The notes under the pieces: generated by a model
Databases searched by the model: none
Seen by the model: the letters and a program-made list of their open reading frames with translations, nothing else
Told to the model about the DNA's origin: nothing
Translations under genes and position numbers: made by a program
From: a virus
Lineage: Duplodnaviria; Caudoviricetes
Virus record (IMG/VR): IMGVR_UViG_3300032266_000279
Coordinates: 1-26,319 of that record
Strand: one strand, 5' to 3'
DNA length: 26,319 bases
Part shown: piece by piece, positions 24,684 through 26,319 of the stretch
Layout: each line of letters begins with the position of its first letter
Position numbering within the stretch: the first letter of the stretch is position 1

Positions 24684-25720
24684 TGTTCAATTACGGCACG
24701 TGCAACTACCTCGGTCATCTTTGGTGGCACGCTCATGCCGATCATGTATTTCCCAATTTTGTCGGTCTTCGCGTGGTAGTCGTCAGGAAAGCTGCCGAGG
24801 CGTTTCCATTCGCGAAATGTGAGTGATCTACATTGATCCCAATGACTAATCATGTCAACGCATGTTGCAACCAATGATTTTGCTGGCAATTTTGATGATA
24901 ATTTTGACCAATTAAATAACGCTGCTTTTGCACCGCTGCGAATCACTGCTTGCTCAAGTCGTTCGTCTGGTTTTGTTTTGCTCCACCATTTCAAAAGAGT
25001 ATTTGAAGGATTGGTATTTTTCTTTTCTTCATTCGTCAATATTTGCAAATCTTCTGTCGCTTCACCCGCTGAAATCCACCGATGCTTTGGCGCAAGTTTT
25101 AGCGGCGTAGCTTTGATGTCGTCACGGATCGCCACGAAGAACACTCGTTCTCGCCGTTGCGGCACTCCACAGTCCGCGCCATTGAGAAGAAAAAGCTGTG
25201 GCCGGTATCCGATTTCACGAAAGCGGGCCATCACCATCTTCGTGTAGCCCTTAGCGTTGCCGAGGATCATGCCCTTGACATTCTCAGCAATCGCTACGCG
25301 CGGTTTCAATCGCTCTACGAGGTCGAGGTAATCGAAGAATAGATCGGAAAGCACCTGCTTTGCCTGTCCTTCGCGGAAGTGCTTGTCTTTGCCCCATGCC
25401 TTTTCACGGCTGCCTGCCATACTGAACGTCGAGCAAGGCGGCGAGCCGTCGAGGATGTCCAAGTTAAAAAGCTCATGCGGCAAGTCTGCTGTCAGCAAGT
25501 CGCGGATCGGGCACAGAAAGTAGTTCGGCGGGTTCAGGTTCTTCTTGTAGTGCCAAGCCATCTCTGGGTCAATGTCATTAGCTGCCACGATTGAGCATCC
25601 CGCCCGCTTGTAACCCATCGAACTGCCTCCTCCACAGGCAAAAGTTGACATGACCTTGATTCCGTTCTGCGTAACGTCTTTCAGGTCGGCAAGCATCCAT
25701 GCGCAATCCGGTTTCTTCAT
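24671..25720 (-). CDS. DNA (cytosine-5) methyltransferase
   Basis: Motif I FACGGG, IV GSPPC, VI ENV, VIII QRRER, IX RSLTFRE..RL..FP, X GMSVPP. Confidence 0.93.
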   Translation of the reverse strand: MKKPDCAWMLADLKDVTQNGIKVMSTFACGGGSSMGYKRAGCSIVAANDIDPEMAWHYKKNLNPPNYFLCPIRDLLTADLPHELFNLDILDGSPPCSTFSMAGSREKAWGKDKHFREGQAKQVLSDLFFDYLDLVERLKPRVAIAENVKGMILGNAKGYTKMVMARFREIGYRPQLFLLNGADCGVPQRRERVFFVAIRDDIKATPLKLAPKHRWISAGEATEDLQILTNEEKKNTNPSNTLLKWWSKTKPDERLEQAVIRSGAKAALFNWSKLSSKLPAKSLVATCVDMISHWDQCRSLTFREWKRLGSFPDDYHAKTDKIGKYMIGMSVPPKMTEVVARAVIEQWLK

Positions 25721-26241
25721 GGCTTCTTGGGGTCAAATTCAAATCCACACTTAGGACAAGCGCAGCCCATCTCCATTGCGTCAACGTCAATTTCCGCGCT
25801 TGATGATTCTGGCCCTTCGTCATTGCGTTCGGGTGGATTAAGAAATTGCTCGATTGCAAAACTATCAAATCCAGTCAAATCCAAATCAAAATCAACCTCG
25901 CGCAATTCACTCAACTCCAGTCCAAGCATTTCCTCGTCCCAATCAGCGTTGAGCGCCAGTTTGTTATCAGCCAACACATACGCCCGCCGCTGTGTATCAG
26001 TCAGATGCGACAACCGCACGCAAGGCACCTCAGTCAATCCCAGCTTGCGAGCCGCTAACACGCGCCCGTGACCTGCAATGATTCCGTTGTCAGCGTCCAC
26101 TAGCACCGGGGCGTTAAATCCAAACTCTCGTATGCTTGCAGCAATTTGCGCCACCTGCTCGTCTGAGTGTTTACGAGCGTTCCGTGCGTACGGAATCAGC
26201 GACTCAACTGCGATTTGTTCTAACTGTTGTTTTTTGCTCAT
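25717..26241 (-). CDS. ParB/Srx N-terminal domain protein with C-terminal zinc ribbon
   Basis: 'LIPYARNARKH', 'IIAGHGRVLAA', 'AYVLADNKL', 'CPKCGFEF'. Confidence 0.9.
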   Translation of the reverse strand: MSKKQQLEQIAVESLIPYARNARKHSDEQVAQIAASIREFGFNAPVLVDADNGIIAGHGRVLAARKLGLTEVPCVRLSHLTDTQRRAYVLADNKLALNADWDEEMLGLELSELREVDFDLDLTGFDSFAIEQFLNPPERNDEGPESSSAEIDVDAMEMGCACPKCGFEFDPKKP

Positions 26242-26303
26242 GTTCTGGTAACTAGGATTTTAGGATTTTCGCACAAAAATATAGGTCACGTCTGGACCAA
26301 CAC

Positions 26304-26319
26304 AGATCGGAAGAGCGTC
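26304..26319 (+). other. Illumina TruSeq adapter remnant (artefact)
   Basis: AGATCGGAAGAGCGTC matches the start of the TruSeq adapter read-through sequence. Confidence 0.93.

Noticed and set aside
81-26071. All plus-strand ORFs in the track (e.g. 81..389, 13899..14660)
   Set aside because: They are antisense shadows of well-supported, tightly packed minus-strand genes and show no recognisable motifs.
24671-26241. ParB + methyltransferase as a partition or restriction-modification system
   Set aside because: No ParA, centromere array or endonuclease is present. This pair is commonly found upstream of phage terminases.

Overview
A 26.3 kb fragment of a tailed dsDNA bacteriophage, probably siphovirus-like because no tail sheath gene is visible. 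Every credible gene is on the minus strand. In transcription order (right to left) it carries a ParB-like protein, a C5 DNA methyltransferase, lambda-type small and large terminases, a gpW-position protein, a lambda-family portal, an S49 protease, a scaffold-like protein, the major capsid protein, neck genes, two tandem paralogous ~100-aa tube-like genes, a tail chaperone with a -1 frameshift, a tape measure protein, tail-tip genes, four modular fibre genes, a lysis cassette (holin-like proteins, Rz/Rz1-like pair, GH108 endolysin), a metallophosphoesterase, and an early region ending in a Cas4-like exonuclease and a truncated RecT-like recombinase. The most notable non-coding signals are: (1) a canonical type II hammerhead ribozyme at 2248-2301, with a competing hairpin that could switch it off; (2) a four-copy element, hairpin + TGCTTTAC + 15-17 nt + start codon, in front of late genes; (3) fibre genes whose termini look like a head-to-tail docking chain; (4) an AT-rich gene flanked by 17-bp direct repeats. 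The last 16 nt are Illumina adapter. All protein calls come from motif recognition and synteny; no searches were run.
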